In this document: positions 49,397-58,511 of the stretch, in pieces
Layout of the letters: each line of letters starts with the position of its first letter
Position numbering within the stretch: position 1 is the first letter of the stretch
Source: Angustibacter luteus
GTDB taxonomy: Bacteria > Actinomycetota > Actinomycetes > Actinomycetales > Angustibacteraceae
Assembly: GCF_039541115.1 (NCBI RefSeq)
Contig: NZ_BAABFP010000005.1
Location: forward strand, 806,001 to 870,000
Length of the DNA stretch: 64,000 nucleotides
Reading direction: 5' to 3'
Notes under the pieces: generated by a model
Told to the model about the DNA's origin: nothing
The model's database searches: none
Seen by the model: the letters and a program-made list of their open reading frames with translations, nothing else
Program-made: the position numbers and the translations under genes

Positions 49397-50464
49397 TCAT
49401 CTCGACAGCGCGTCCCCAACCTGTTGCAGGTCAGCCTCGTCGTTCCACAGGTGGAACGCGATGCGCACCAGACCGGCCCGGCCGGCGACCGTGCACCCGG
49501 CCTCCCCGAGCCGCCGGGCGAGCACCCCGTCGGCGTCCGGCAGGGACAGCACCGGCCGACCCTGCGGCGCGAGGTCGAGACGGGTACGCAGCCGGTCCGC
49601 CAGTGCGGCCCCGTGACCCAGCTGGTCGGGCGTGAGCGAGGCGAAGAGCTCCAGCGACGGCACGGTGCCCACCCAGGACAGCCAGGCCGGGGACACGTCG
49701 AACCGGCGCGCGTCGTTCGCCAGCCGCATCTGCGGCCCGTAGCACGACCCCCAGACAGACTCCCCCGCGTACCAACCCGCGTTCAGTGGGGTCAGGCGCT
49801 CGAGCACCTCGGGGCGGACGGTCGTGAACGCCGACCCACGCGGTGAGCACAGCCACTTGTAGGCGGAGCAGACACTCACGTCGAAGTCGGCGGCATCCAC
49901 GGCCAGCCAGCCCACGGCTTGGGTCAGGTCGCAGAACGTCAGGGCTCCGACCTGGCGGGCGGCATCGAGGACCGCGTCGGCGTCGACCAACCGCCCGTCC
50001 GCGGACTGGGCCAATGAGAAGGCCACCACGTCGCAGCCCTCAGCGACCGCATCGGCGAGCTCCTCCAGCGGAACCTGCCGCACGTGCAGCGACCTCTGCA
50101 CGAGGAACGGGTAGACCATCGAGCTGAAGTCGCCGTCCACGCAGACGACGCGACTGCCGGCTGGCAGGCTGGCCGCCAGCACCCCGGCCGTCACCGACAC
50201 CTGGGAACCCGTCGCGACCCACGAGCTCGGCACGCCGACCAGGGCCGCGTACAGCGCGCGGGCCCGGTTGACGACCGCGTCGTACGCGACGGCGCACGCC
50301 TCACCCCGCTGCCAGGCCTCGACCTCGACGCGCACGGCGTCCGCCGTGGCCCGCGGCGGCAGCCCCAGCGTCGCCGCGTTGAGGTAGCCGGGCGCCGGCG
50401 CGAAGGCCGGGTGACCGCCGGGCGTGGGCGCGGTCGGCGTCTCGACATCCAGGTGCGTGATCAT
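49397..50464 (-). CDS. Class V PLP-dependent aminotransferase
   Basis: YLNAATLGLPP, DLTQAVGW, CSAYKWLCSPRG; ATG at 50464. Confidence 0.88.
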   Translation of the reverse strand: MITHLDVETPTAPTPGGHPAFAPAPGYLNAATLGLPPRATADAVRVEVEAWQRGEACAVAYDAVVNRARALYAALVGVPSSWVATGSQVSVTAGVLAASLPAGSRVVCVDGDFSSMVYPFLVQRSLHVRQVPLEELADAVAEGCDVVAFSLAQSADGRLVDADAVLDAARQVGALTFCDLTQAVGWLAVDAADFDVSVCSAYKWLCSPRGSAFTTVRPEVLERLTPLNAGWYAGESVWGSCYGPQMRLANDARRFDVSPAWLSWVGTVPSLELFASLTPDQLGHGAALADRLRTRLDLAPQGRPVLSLPDADGVLARRLGEAGCTVAGRAGLVRIAFHLWNDEADLQQVGDALSR

Positions 50465-50520
50465 CCGACCAGGGTCCCGAGATCCGGGAAGTAGCACAAT
50501 GACCGGCTCTGTCCGCTGTC

Positions 50521-50537
50521 CATAACACAGCGTTATG
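50521..50537. promoter_or_regulatory. LysR operator palindrome
   Basis: CATAAC-acagc-GTTATG (T-N11-A) between the divergent aminotransferase and LysR genes. Confidence 0.7.
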
Positions 50538-50545
50538 CTCTGTCC

Positions 50546-51448
50546 ATGCTCGACGTCAACGCGCTCCGGGTCGTCCGTGCCATCGGCGACGAGGGCGGCT
50601 TCACCGCCGCCGCCAACGCCCTCGGGTACAGCCAGCCCGCCGTCAGCCAGCTGGTCCGCCGGCTCGAGCGCCGGCTGGGCACCGCCCTGGTCGAACGGCA
50701 CGGCCGCACGGTCCGGCTGACCGAGGCCGGGCTCGTCCTGGCCCGGCACGCGGTCACCGTGCAGGGCGCGCTGGACACCGCCGACGAGGAGATCGCCGCC
50801 ATCACCGGCCTGCGCGCCGGACGCGTGCGGGTGATGGCCTTCCCGTCCTCGTCCGCCTCCGTCGTCCCGCGCGCGCTGGCCGACCTGAGGGCCCGCCACC
50901 CCGGCCTGTCGGTCACCTTCAGCGAGGGCGAGCCGCCGCAGTCGCTGGCCGCCCTGCGCTCCGGCGAGTGCGACGTCGCAGTCGCGTTCACCTACCCCGG
51001 AACCAGCGCCGGTCGGGACGTGGACGACCTGTCCGGCCTGCTCACCGTGCCGCTGCTGGACGACGAGCTGCACGTCGTCCTGCCCGCCGACCACCCGCTC
51101 GCCGACGGCGAGCGGATCGGCCTGCCGCAGCTGCGGGACGAACCGTGGATCGCCGGCTGCCCGCGCTGCCGCGGCCACCTGCTGTCGCTGGCCGACCGGG
51201 CCGGGTTCACGCCACGGGTCGAGTTCGAGACCGACGACTACGTCGCCGTCCTCGGGCTCGTGTCCGAGGGCTTGGGTGTCGCCCTGGTGCCCGGGCTGGT
51301 CCTGCGCACCACGACCCACCAAGCTGTCGTCACCCGGCCGCTGCACCCGACGTCCCGACGTTCGGTGCTGGCCGTCACGACCCAGGACCTGCGGCGGGTC
51401 CCTGCGGTGCACGCACTGATCGAGTCGCTGCAGCGCGCGTCGCGCTGA
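50546..51448 (+). CDS. LysR family transcriptional regulator
   Basis: GGFTAAANALGYSQPAVSQ, RLTEAG, GLGVALVP. Confidence 0.94.
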   Translation: MLDVNALRVVRAIGDEGGFTAAANALGYSQPAVSQLVRRLERRLGTALVERHGRTVRLTEAGLVLARHAVTVQGALDTADEEIAAITGLRAGRVRVMAFPSSSASVVPRALADLRARHPGLSVTFSEGEPPQSLAALRSGECDVAVAFTYPGTSAGRDVDDLSGLLTVPLLDDELHVVLPADHPLADGERIGLPQLRDEPWIAGCPRCRGHLLSLADRAGFTPRVEFETDDYVAVLGLVSEGLGVALVPGLVLRTTTHQAVVTRPLHPTSRRSVLAVTTQDLRRVPAVHALIESLQRASR

Positions 51449-51470
51449 CCTCGGGCCGTACCGTGAGCCC

Positions 51471-52208
51471 GTGCCCGCCGCCGCCCCGACCGTCCTGCTG
51501 CAGCTCTGGGGAGTGGACACCCGGCACGTGGGCTCCGCCCTGACCCGGATGGCCACCACCCGCCGGCAGCTGCGCGACACCCCGGGGCTGCGGTTCCGCA
51601 AGCTCCTCGGCACGGGCAGCGGGCGCACCTTCACCGTCCGGGACGCCGACCCGCACCGCTGGGGGCTGCTGACCGTCTGGGACGGCGAGGCGGACGTCGC
51701 GCGCTACCTGGCCGGTCACCAGGCCCTCGACTCCTGGGACGCCGTCGCCACCGAGCGGCTCGACGTCCGGCTCGCGCCGCTCGCCTCCCGAGGTCGGTGG
51801 TCCGGGGTCGAACCCTTCGGGAACCCGTTGCCGCGCAAGGTGGACGGCCCGGTCGCCAGCATCACCCGGGCCCGCATCCGGCCGAGCAAGGCCGTCACGT
51901 TCTGGCGGGCCGTCCCCCCGGTGTCCCTCGACCTGCAGCGGGTCGACGGGCTCACCCTCGCCCTCGGCATCGGGGAGGCGCCCGTCGGGTTGCAGGGCAC
52001 CTTCAGCCTGTGGCGCTCCGCGGAGGCGCTGACGGCGTTCGCGCACCGCCGCGCACCGCACGCCGAAGCGGTTCGGCGGACCGCGACCGAGCAGTGGTAC
52101 GCCGAGGAGCTCTTCGCGCGGTTCCAGGTGCGCGACGTGCACGGCACCCTGGACCACCGGCCGGTCGAGGTCGGCACCCGACCCGACGCCAGCCCCACCA
52201 GCCCCTAG
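51471..52208 (+). CDS. crtA: Spheroidene monooxygenase CrtA-like protein
   Basis: FRKLLGTGSG, GIGEAPVGLQGTFSLW, WYAEELFARF. Confidence 0.75.
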   Translation: MPAAAPTVLLQLWGVDTRHVGSALTRMATTRRQLRDTPGLRFRKLLGTGSGRTFTVRDADPHRWGLLTVWDGEADVARYLAGHQALDSWDAVATERLDVRLAPLASRGRWSGVEPFGNPLPRKVDGPVASITRARIRPSKAVTFWRAVPPVSLDLQRVDGLTLALGIGEAPVGLQGTFSLWRSAEALTAFAHRRAPHAEAVRRTATEQWYAEELFARFQVRDVHGTLDHRPVEVGTRPDASPTSP

Positions 52209-52219
52209 ACTCGCGCCTC

Positions 52220-53062
52220 GTGACGGTCCGCACGCGTACCCGTCGAGGCGTCGGGCGCACTCGCGTCGCTGCGCACGACGGCCTGCGCCACCTCTCGGCA
52301 GTGCTGGCGGCGGCGACGGTGCTCGCCCAGATCGCCTACCCGCTGACCGATGAAGGCCGACCGCTGCGCCTCCTGACGATCACCACCGTGCTGCTGTTCG
52401 CCGGTGCCTCGGTGCTGCACGCCGCCGCGACCCGCGGCTACGGCTGGGCGCTCGGCCTGCTGGTGGTGGCCGGCGGCATCGGGCTGGCCGCAGAGGCGGT
52501 CGGCGTCCGCACCGGCTTCCCGTTCGGTGACTACGCCTACACCGGCACGCTCGGCCCCGAGGTGCTGGACGTCCCGGTCGTCGTCCCGCTGGCCTGGGTG
52601 ATGATGGCCTATCCCTGCCTGCTGCTCGGCCGCCGCCTCGCCCGCGCCGGGGCGAGGCGCAGCCGACGGGGGACGCCGTCCTCGCTCGTGGTCGTCCTCA
52701 CCGGCGGCCTGACGCTCGCCGCCTGGGACGTCTTCCTTGACCCGCAGATGGTCGCAGCGGGCTACTGGCACTGGGACGACCCGACGCCCGCGCTCCCCGG
52801 TGTGCCCGGCGTCCCGCTCACCAACTACGCCGGCTGGATCCTGGTATCCCTGGTCATGATGGCCGTGCTGGAAGCCGTGCTGCCGCCCGGTCGCAGCACC
52901 GCCGAGGGCGTGCCCGGCGTCCTGCTGGCCTGGACCTGGGCCGGCTCGACGCTCGGCAACGCCGTCTTCTTCGACCGCCCCGGCGTGGCGATCTGGGGCG
53001 GCGTGCTCATGGGCATCTTCGTCGTGCCCTACCTGTACCTGTGGTGGGACGGACGACCGTGA
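52220..53062 (+). CDS. cruF: Carotenoid 1',2'-hydratase CruF-like (DUF422)
   Basis: EAVGVRTGFPFGDYAY, VPLAW, AWDVFLDPQM, VPLTNYAGW; start approximate. Confidence 0.8.
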   Translation: MTVRTRTRRGVGRTRVAAHDGLRHLSAVLAAATVLAQIAYPLTDEGRPLRLLTITTVLLFAGASVLHAAATRGYGWALGLLVVAGGIGLAAEAVGVRTGFPFGDYAYTGTLGPEVLDVPVVVPLAWVMMAYPCLLLGRRLARAGARRSRRGTPSSLVVVLTGGLTLAAWDVFLDPQMVAAGYWHWDDPTPALPGVPGVPLTNYAGWILVSLVMMAVLEAVLPPGRSTAEGVPGVLLAWTWAGSTLGNAVFFDRPGVAIWGGVLMGIFVVPYLYLWWDGRP

Positions 53063-54186
53063 GCGCGCGCGGCCTCGCCCGCGCGCTGACCTGGACGACG
53101 TCCGCCGCCGCGCTCGCCCTGACCGCGCACAGCGTGTGGAACCTGCGTCACCTGCGCCAACCGCAGCCCGAACCCCCGCCGCCCGGTGAGTGGGTGTCGG
53201 TGCTGCTCCCGGTGCGCGACGAGGCGCACCGCGTCGAACCCACCCTGCGCGCCCTGCTGGCCGCGCTGGACGGCTGCCACGAGCACGCCGAGCTCGTCGT
53301 GCTGGACGACGGGTCGAGCGACGGCACGCTCGACCTGGTGCGGGCCGTGGTCGGCGACGACCCGCGCGTGCGGGTGGTCGAGGGCGAGCCGACCCCGACC
53401 GGTTGGCTGGGCAAGCCCTGGGCCTGCCGGCAGCTCGCCGACCAGGCGAACCACGCCAGTACCGTGCTGGTCTTCGTCGACGCCGACGTCGTGCTCTCCC
53501 CCGACGCCGTCGCCGCAACCGTGCACCAGCTGCGGGACAGCGGGCTGGACCTGGTCAGCCCGTACCCGCGCCAGGTCGCCGTCACCTGGGCGGAACGGCT
53601 CGTCCAACCACTGCTGCAGTGGTCGTGGCTGACCACGCTGCCGCTCGCGGTCGCCGAACGCTCCGCCCGCCCCTCCCTGAGCGCCGCGAACGGGCAGCTG
53701 CTCGCCGTCGACCGCGCCGTCTACGACCGGGCCGGCGGTCACGGCGCGGCGCGCGCCGACGTCCTCGACGACCTCGCGCTCCTGCGGGCGGTCAAGGCGA
53801 CCGGCGGCCACGGTGGGGTCACCGACGGCACCACCCTCGCCACCTGCCGGATGTACGAGGGCTGGCCCGACCTGCGCGACGGCTACGGCAAGTCGCTCTG
53901 GACGGCGTTCGGCAGCGCCTCCGGCGGCGTCGCCGTCAGTGCGGCGCTCGGCGCCGTCTACTGCTGGCCGGCGCTCGCCGCGCTGGCCGGCTCCCCGATC
54001 GGCGCGTTCGGGTACGCCGCCGGGGTCGCCGGTCGGGTGGCGACGGGGCGGCGCACCGGCTCCCGGGTCTGGCCGGACGCCCTCGCCCACCCGGCATCCG
54101 TCGCTCTGTTGGGCGCCCTGACCCTGCGCTCCGTCCGCGAGCACCGGGCCGGCACCCTTCGCTGGAAGGGAAGGCCGCTCCCGTGA
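53059..54186 (+). CDS. Carotenoid glycosyltransferase (GT2, CruG/CrtQ-like)
   Basis: LPVRDE, LDDGSSDGT, GWLGKPWAC, FVDADV, CRMY, WKGR. Confidence 0.85.
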   Translation: MSARGLARALTWTTSAAALALTAHSVWNLRHLRQPQPEPPPPGEWVSVLLPVRDEAHRVEPTLRALLAALDGCHEHAELVVLDDGSSDGTLDLVRAVVGDDPRVRVVEGEPTPTGWLGKPWACRQLADQANHASTVLVFVDADVVLSPDAVAATVHQLRDSGLDLVSPYPRQVAVTWAERLVQPLLQWSWLTTLPLAVAERSARPSLSAANGQLLAVDRAVYDRAGGHGAARADVLDDLALLRAVKATGGHGGVTDGTTLATCRMYEGWPDLRDGYGKSLWTAFGSASGGVAVSAALGAVYCWPALAALAGSPIGAFGYAAGVAGRVATGRRTGSRVWPDALAHPASVALLGALTLRSVREHRAGTLRWKGRPLP

Positions 54187-54207
54187 GCGGCCGGTAGCCT
54201 CCCGGCC

Positions 54208-55719
54208 ATGGCGCGGATCGTGGTGGTGGGCGCAGGCATGGGCGGCCTCGCCGTCGCCGCCCGGCTGGCCGCGCAACGGCATGACGTCACCGTCGTCGAG
54301 CGGTCCGACACCGTGGGCGGCAAGCTCGGCTGGTTCACCCGCGACGGCTTCTCGTTCGACACCGGACCCAGCCTGCTCACCTTGCCCGCCGTCTACCGCG
54401 ACCTCTTCCTGAAGACCGGCGCCGCCCTGGATCGCTCCGTCGAGCTCGTCGAGGTCGACCCCGTCTGCCACTACCGCTTCCCCGACGGCACCGAGGTCGA
54501 CCTGCCGAACGCCTCCCGCGGCCGCGTCGTCCGGGCCCTGGACGAGGCGCTGGGCACCGGCTCCGGCGCGCAGTGGGCGGCTCTGATGGACCGGGCGGGC
54601 GCGATGTGGGAGATCACCCGCGGCCCGTTCCTGGAGTCACCGCTCGACGGTGCGCGCACCCTGGTCGGCCTCAGCCGTCGGGTCGGCGACCTGCGCACCG
54701 TCGCGCCCTGGCGCACCCTGCGCGGGCTCGGCCGCTCGTACCTGCGCGACCCCCGGCTGGTCATGCTGCTCGACCGGTACGCGACGTACACCGGGTCCGA
54801 CCCCCGACGCGCCCCGGCCGCCCTGGCGACGGTGCCGTACCTGGAGCAGACCTTCGGCGCCTGGTACGTGCGCGGCGGGCTGCACCAGCTGGGCGAGGCA
54901 CTGCACCAGCGGGTCGTCGAGACCGGCGCCCAGGTGCTGACCAGCAGCACGGTCACGGAGGTGCTCGTCGAGGGCGACCGGGTGTCCGGGGTGCTCCTGG
55001 CCGGCGGGCGGCGGATCGAGGCCGACGTCGTGGTCTCGGACGCCGACGCCGCGCACCTGTACGGCGACCTCGTGCGCAGCCCCGCCGCCGACCGGGCCCG
55101 CACGTCGCTGGCCGGCGCGACGCCGTCCCTGTCGGGCTTCGTCCTCCTGCTCGCGCTACGCGGACGCACGCCCGGGCTCGCCCACCACACCGTGCTCTTC
55201 CCGCAGGACTACGACGACGAGTTCGACTCCGTGTTCGGCACCGGCCCGCACTCGCGAGCGCCGCGGCCGGCGCCGGACCCGACCGTCTACGTCAGTGCGC
55301 CCGACGACCCCGCCCTGCGCCCGGACGACGACCACGAGTCGTTGTTCGTCCTGGTCAACGCGCCACGGCACAGCGTGGACGACGCCGCCGCCGGGATCGA
55401 CTGGGACGCACCGGGTCTGGCGTCGTCGTACGCCGACCGGGTGCTGGACGTGATGGCGTCGCGCGGGCTCGACGTCCGGGACCGGGTCGTGTGGCGTGAG
55501 CTGCGCACCCCCGCCGACCTGGCCCGCGCGACGTCCAGCGTCGGCGGCTCCATCTACGGGTCGAGCAGCAACGGCGTGCGGTCGGCGTTCCTGCGCCCGG
55601 CCAACCGGTCACCCGTCGAGGGGTTGTTCCTCGTCGGCGGATCGGCCCACCCCGGCGGTGGGCTGCCCCTCGTCGGGCTGTCGGCCGCGATCGTCGCAGA
55701 GCAGATCGGCCGCGCCTGA
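54208..55719 (+). CDS. CrtI-family desaturase, probably a CrtD-like 3',4'-desaturase
   Basis: VVGAGMGGL, FDTGPSLLTLP, RYATYTGSDP, GGSAHPGGGLPLV; cotranscribed with cruF and the GT. Confidence 0.8.
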   Translation: MARIVVVGAGMGGLAVAARLAAQRHDVTVVERSDTVGGKLGWFTRDGFSFDTGPSLLTLPAVYRDLFLKTGAALDRSVELVEVDPVCHYRFPDGTEVDLPNASRGRVVRALDEALGTGSGAQWAALMDRAGAMWEITRGPFLESPLDGARTLVGLSRRVGDLRTVAPWRTLRGLGRSYLRDPRLVMLLDRYATYTGSDPRRAPAALATVPYLEQTFGAWYVRGGLHQLGEALHQRVVETGAQVLTSSTVTEVLVEGDRVSGVLLAGGRRIEADVVVSDADAAHLYGDLVRSPAADRARTSLAGATPSLSGFVLLLALRGRTPGLAHHTVLFPQDYDDEFDSVFGTGPHSRAPRPAPDPTVYVSAPDDPALRPDDDHESLFVLVNAPRHSVDDAAAGIDWDAPGLASSYADRVLDVMASRGLDVRDRVVWRELRTPADLARATSSVGGSIYGSSSNGVRSAFLRPANRSPVEGLFLVGGSAHPGGGLPLVGLSAAIVAEQIGRA

Positions 55720-55732
55720 GACGGCGACCAGG

Positions 55733-56380
55733 TCAGCGCAGCGTGCGACCCACGACCAGCATCAGCTGACCGAAGCCCACGGCCCCGACGGCGAGCAGGC
55801 AAGCGGCCCCCGCCGTCCCCCACGCCGCCGCGGAGTCCGGGTAGATGCCGGCGCCCAACAGGAACATGACCACGACGATGAGCCGGGTGGGGCGCTCGGC
55901 GACCGTGATCGCGCCCGCGTCCGGCATGCCGACGGCGGTCGCCCGCGCCCGCGCGTACTCGTGCAGGTAGCCGAGCACGCCAGCGCCGAGCGCCAGCCCG
56001 GCCCAGCCTCCGACCGCCCACAGCGCGAGGCAGGCCGCACCGTCCGCGACCCGGTCGGCGACGGCGTCCAGCAACGCCCCCCAGCGGGTCACCCGCCCGC
56101 TGAGCACGGCCACCGCCCCGTCCAGGTTGTCCAGCAGACCCGAAGCGACGAGCACGACCGCGCCCAGGACCGGCCAGCGACCGCCCAGCGCGGCGATCGG
56201 CACCACGGCGCAGGCGACGAGCAGCCCGACGCCGGTGAGCACGTCCGGGGGCACTCGCCAGGAGGCGAGCGGCCGGGCGAGCGTGAAGGTCAGCGAGAGC
56301 CAGAACCGGACGAGGCGGGAGGAGCGAGGGTCGGTACCGTGCAGCCGTGCCCAGCCGTCCAGGTACTCGTCGCGGTTCAG
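55733..56380 (-). CDS. CDP-alcohol phosphatidyltransferase family protein (probable CTG start)
   Basis: LDNLDGAVA...GALLDAVADRVAD motif; frame open from the metF stop; first ATG/GTG/TTG only at 56254. Confidence 0.8.
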   Translation of the reverse strand: MNRDEYLDGWARLHGTDPRSSRLVRFWLSLTFTLARPLASWRVPPDVLTGVGLLVACAVVPIAALGGRWPVLGAVVLVASGLLDNLDGAVAVLSGRVTRWGALLDAVADRVADGAACLALWAVGGWAGLALGAGVLGYLHEYARARATAVGMPDAGAITVAERPTRLIVVVMFLLGAGIYPDSAAAWGTAGAACLLAVGAVGFGQLMLVVGRTLR

Positions 56381-56392
56381 GTCAGCCCCCGC

Positions 56393-57331
56393 TCAGGCGC
56401 TGACGGTCCGGCGGTCCAGCCCCAGGCCCTGGTAGATCTCCAGCGTCGCCGTGGACCGGTTCAGCGTGTAGAAGTGCAGGCCCGGCGCTCCCGCGTCGAG
56501 CAGGTCGCGGGCCTGCTCGGTGGCGATCGCGATCCCCGTGGCCCGCACGCGCGCCGGGTCGTCGCCCGCGGCGTGCAGCCGGTCCACGACCCACTCGGGC
56601 ACCGCCGCGCCGACCAGGCCGGCGACCCGTTCGATCTGCGCGACGCTCGTGATGGGCATCAGACCGGGGATGACCGGCAGGTCGCTGCCCAAACCACGGA
56701 CCTTGTCCACCAGGTCGGTGTACGCCTCGACGCCGAAGAACATCTGGGTGATGGCGAAGTCGGCGCCCGCGGCCTCCTTGGCCACCAGCACCCGGGCGTC
56801 GTGGTCGAGGTCGACCGACTCGGGGTGCTTCTCCGGGAAGGCGGCGACGCCGACGCAGAACGAGCCCATCTGCCGCAGGAGCGTCACCAGCTCGTCGGCG
56901 TGGTCCAGCCCGTGCGCGTGCGGCGTCCAGGTGCCTCCTGGCCCGTCCGGCGGGTCGCCGCGCAGCGCGAGCACGTTGGAGACTCCGGCGTCGGCGTACT
57001 GACCGATCACCCGGCGCACCTCGGCCACGGACGCGGAGACGCAGGTGAGGTGGCCGACCGGGGTCAACGTGGTGTCCCGGGCGATGCGCTCGGTGATGCG
57101 GACGGTCCGGTCCCGGGTCGTGCCGCCCGCGCCGTAGGTGACGGACACGAACGTCGGCTGCAACCGCTCGAGCCGGCGGATGGCCCCCCACAGGGCCGCC
57201 TCCCCCGCGTCGTCCCGCGGGGGGAAGAACTCGAAGGAGTACGACCGGCCGCCGCTCTCCAGCAGGTCGCGCAGGCTCGCCTGCACGGACGGTGCGGAGG
57301 CGCGCGGCGACGACGGCAGGTCCAGGCCCAT
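56393..57331 (-). CDS. metF: 5,10-methylenetetrahydrofolate reductase
   Basis: SFEFFPP, SVTYGAGG, LALRGDPP, ITQMFF, HFYTLNRS. Confidence 0.95.
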   Translation of the reverse strand: MGLDLPSSPRASAPSVQASLRDLLESGGRSYSFEFFPPRDDAGEAALWGAIRRLERLQPTFVSVTYGAGGTTRDRTVRITERIARDTTLTPVGHLTCVSASVAEVRRVIGQYADAGVSNVLALRGDPPDGPGGTWTPHAHGLDHADELVTLLRQMGSFCVGVAAFPEKHPESVDLDHDARVLVAKEAAGADFAITQMFFGVEAYTDLVDKVRGLGSDLPVIPGLMPITSVAQIERVAGLVGAAVPEWVVDRLHAAGDDPARVRATGIAIATEQARDLLDAGAPGLHFYTLNRSTATLEIYQGLGLDRRTVSA

Positions 57332-57427
57332 GACGCACAGGGTAATCGCGCCACTGCCGGGACCGCTCGGGTGCTCACGGTGTGGGCACGGCATACGCTC
57401 TGGTCACCCGTACCGCAGGAGGATCCC

Positions 57428-58504
57428 GTGCACCACCCGCTGGACGTCGAGGACCTGCGCGACCGCGTGCACAAGGCCGTCGACGACCACCTGAGCCAGC
57501 AGGGCGCGACCCTGGACCCGCTCGGTCCCGACCTCGTCCCGCTGCTGCAGGCCATCGCCGACCTGGTGGCCGGCGGCAAGCGGCTGCGCGCCGCCTTCTG
57601 CTACTGGGGCTGGCGCGGGGCCGGCGGCCCGGACTGCGCCGAGATCGTGCAGGCCGCCACCGCGTTCGAGCTGTTCCAGGCGGCGGCACTGCTGCACGAC
57701 GACGTCATGGACGCCAGCGACACGCGCCGCGGCCGTCCCGCCGCGCACCGCCGGATGGCCGCCCTGCACCGCGAGAACGGCTGGGACGGCGACGCCGACC
57801 GGTTCGGTGAGGCGGCCGCGATCCTGGCCGGCGACCTGTGCCTGTCGTGGAGCGACGAGCTGCTCAGCCACAGCGGACTCCCGGCGGCCGCCATCACCCG
57901 GGCCCGGCCGACGTTCGACCTCATGCGCACGCAGCTGATGGGCGGCCAGTACCTGGATGTCCTCGAGCAGGTGCTGCCCCGATCGGCCGGTGGCGGCACG
58001 TCCGAGCGCGCCCGGCGGGTGATCCGGTACAAGAGCGCGAAGTACTCCGTCGAGCACCCGCTGCTGGTCGGCGGCCGACTGGCCGGGGCTCCGCCGGAGC
58101 AGCTCGCCGCCTACTCCGCGTACGGGCTGCCGCTGGGCGAGGCGTTCCAGCTGCGCGATGACGTCCTGGGGGTCTTCGGCGATCCCGCGTTGACGGGCAA
58201 GCCGGCTGGGGACGACCTGCGCGAGGGCAAGCGCACCGTCCTGGTCGCCGAGGCCCTGGCCCGAGGCAGCTCGGCGCAGGTCCAGCTGGTCGAGCGGCTG
58301 CTGGGCCGTCCCGACCTGGATCCGTCCGGGGTCGCGGCGCTCCGTGAGGTCATCGTCGACACCGGTGCCCTGGAGGTCGTCGAGGAGCTGATCGTCGCGT
58401 TGGCCGGTCAGGCGAACGACGCGCTGCGCGGGAGCGGCGTCACCGAGCCCGCCCTCACCGTGCTGGGCGACCTCGTGGTCGCGGCCACGTCGCGCACCTC
58501 ATGA
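57428..58504 (+). CDS. crtE: Polyprenyl (geranylgeranyl) diphosphate synthase
   Basis: GGKRLR, LLHDDVMDASDTRRG, FQLRDD, GDDLREGKRT; AGGAGG RBS. Confidence 0.9.
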   Translation: MHHPLDVEDLRDRVHKAVDDHLSQQGATLDPLGPDLVPLLQAIADLVAGGKRLRAAFCYWGWRGAGGPDCAEIVQAATAFELFQAAALLHDDVMDASDTRRGRPAAHRRMAALHRENGWDGDADRFGEAAAILAGDLCLSWSDELLSHSGLPAAAITRARPTFDLMRTQLMGGQYLDVLEQVLPRSAGGGTSERARRVIRYKSAKYSVEHPLLVGGRLAGAPPEQLAAYSAYGLPLGEAFQLRDDVLGVFGDPALTGKPAGDDLREGKRTVLVAEALARGSSAQVQLVERLLGRPDLDPSGVAALREVIVDTGALEVVEELIVALAGQANDALRGSGVTEPALTVLGDLVVAATSRTS

Positions 58505-58511
58505 GCTCGCG

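Noticed and set aside
55496..58504. 1002-aa polyprenyl synthase fusion
   Set aside because: The N-terminal ~640 aa are antisense to metF and the phosphatidyltransferase; the real start is GTG 57428 with an AGGAGG RBS.
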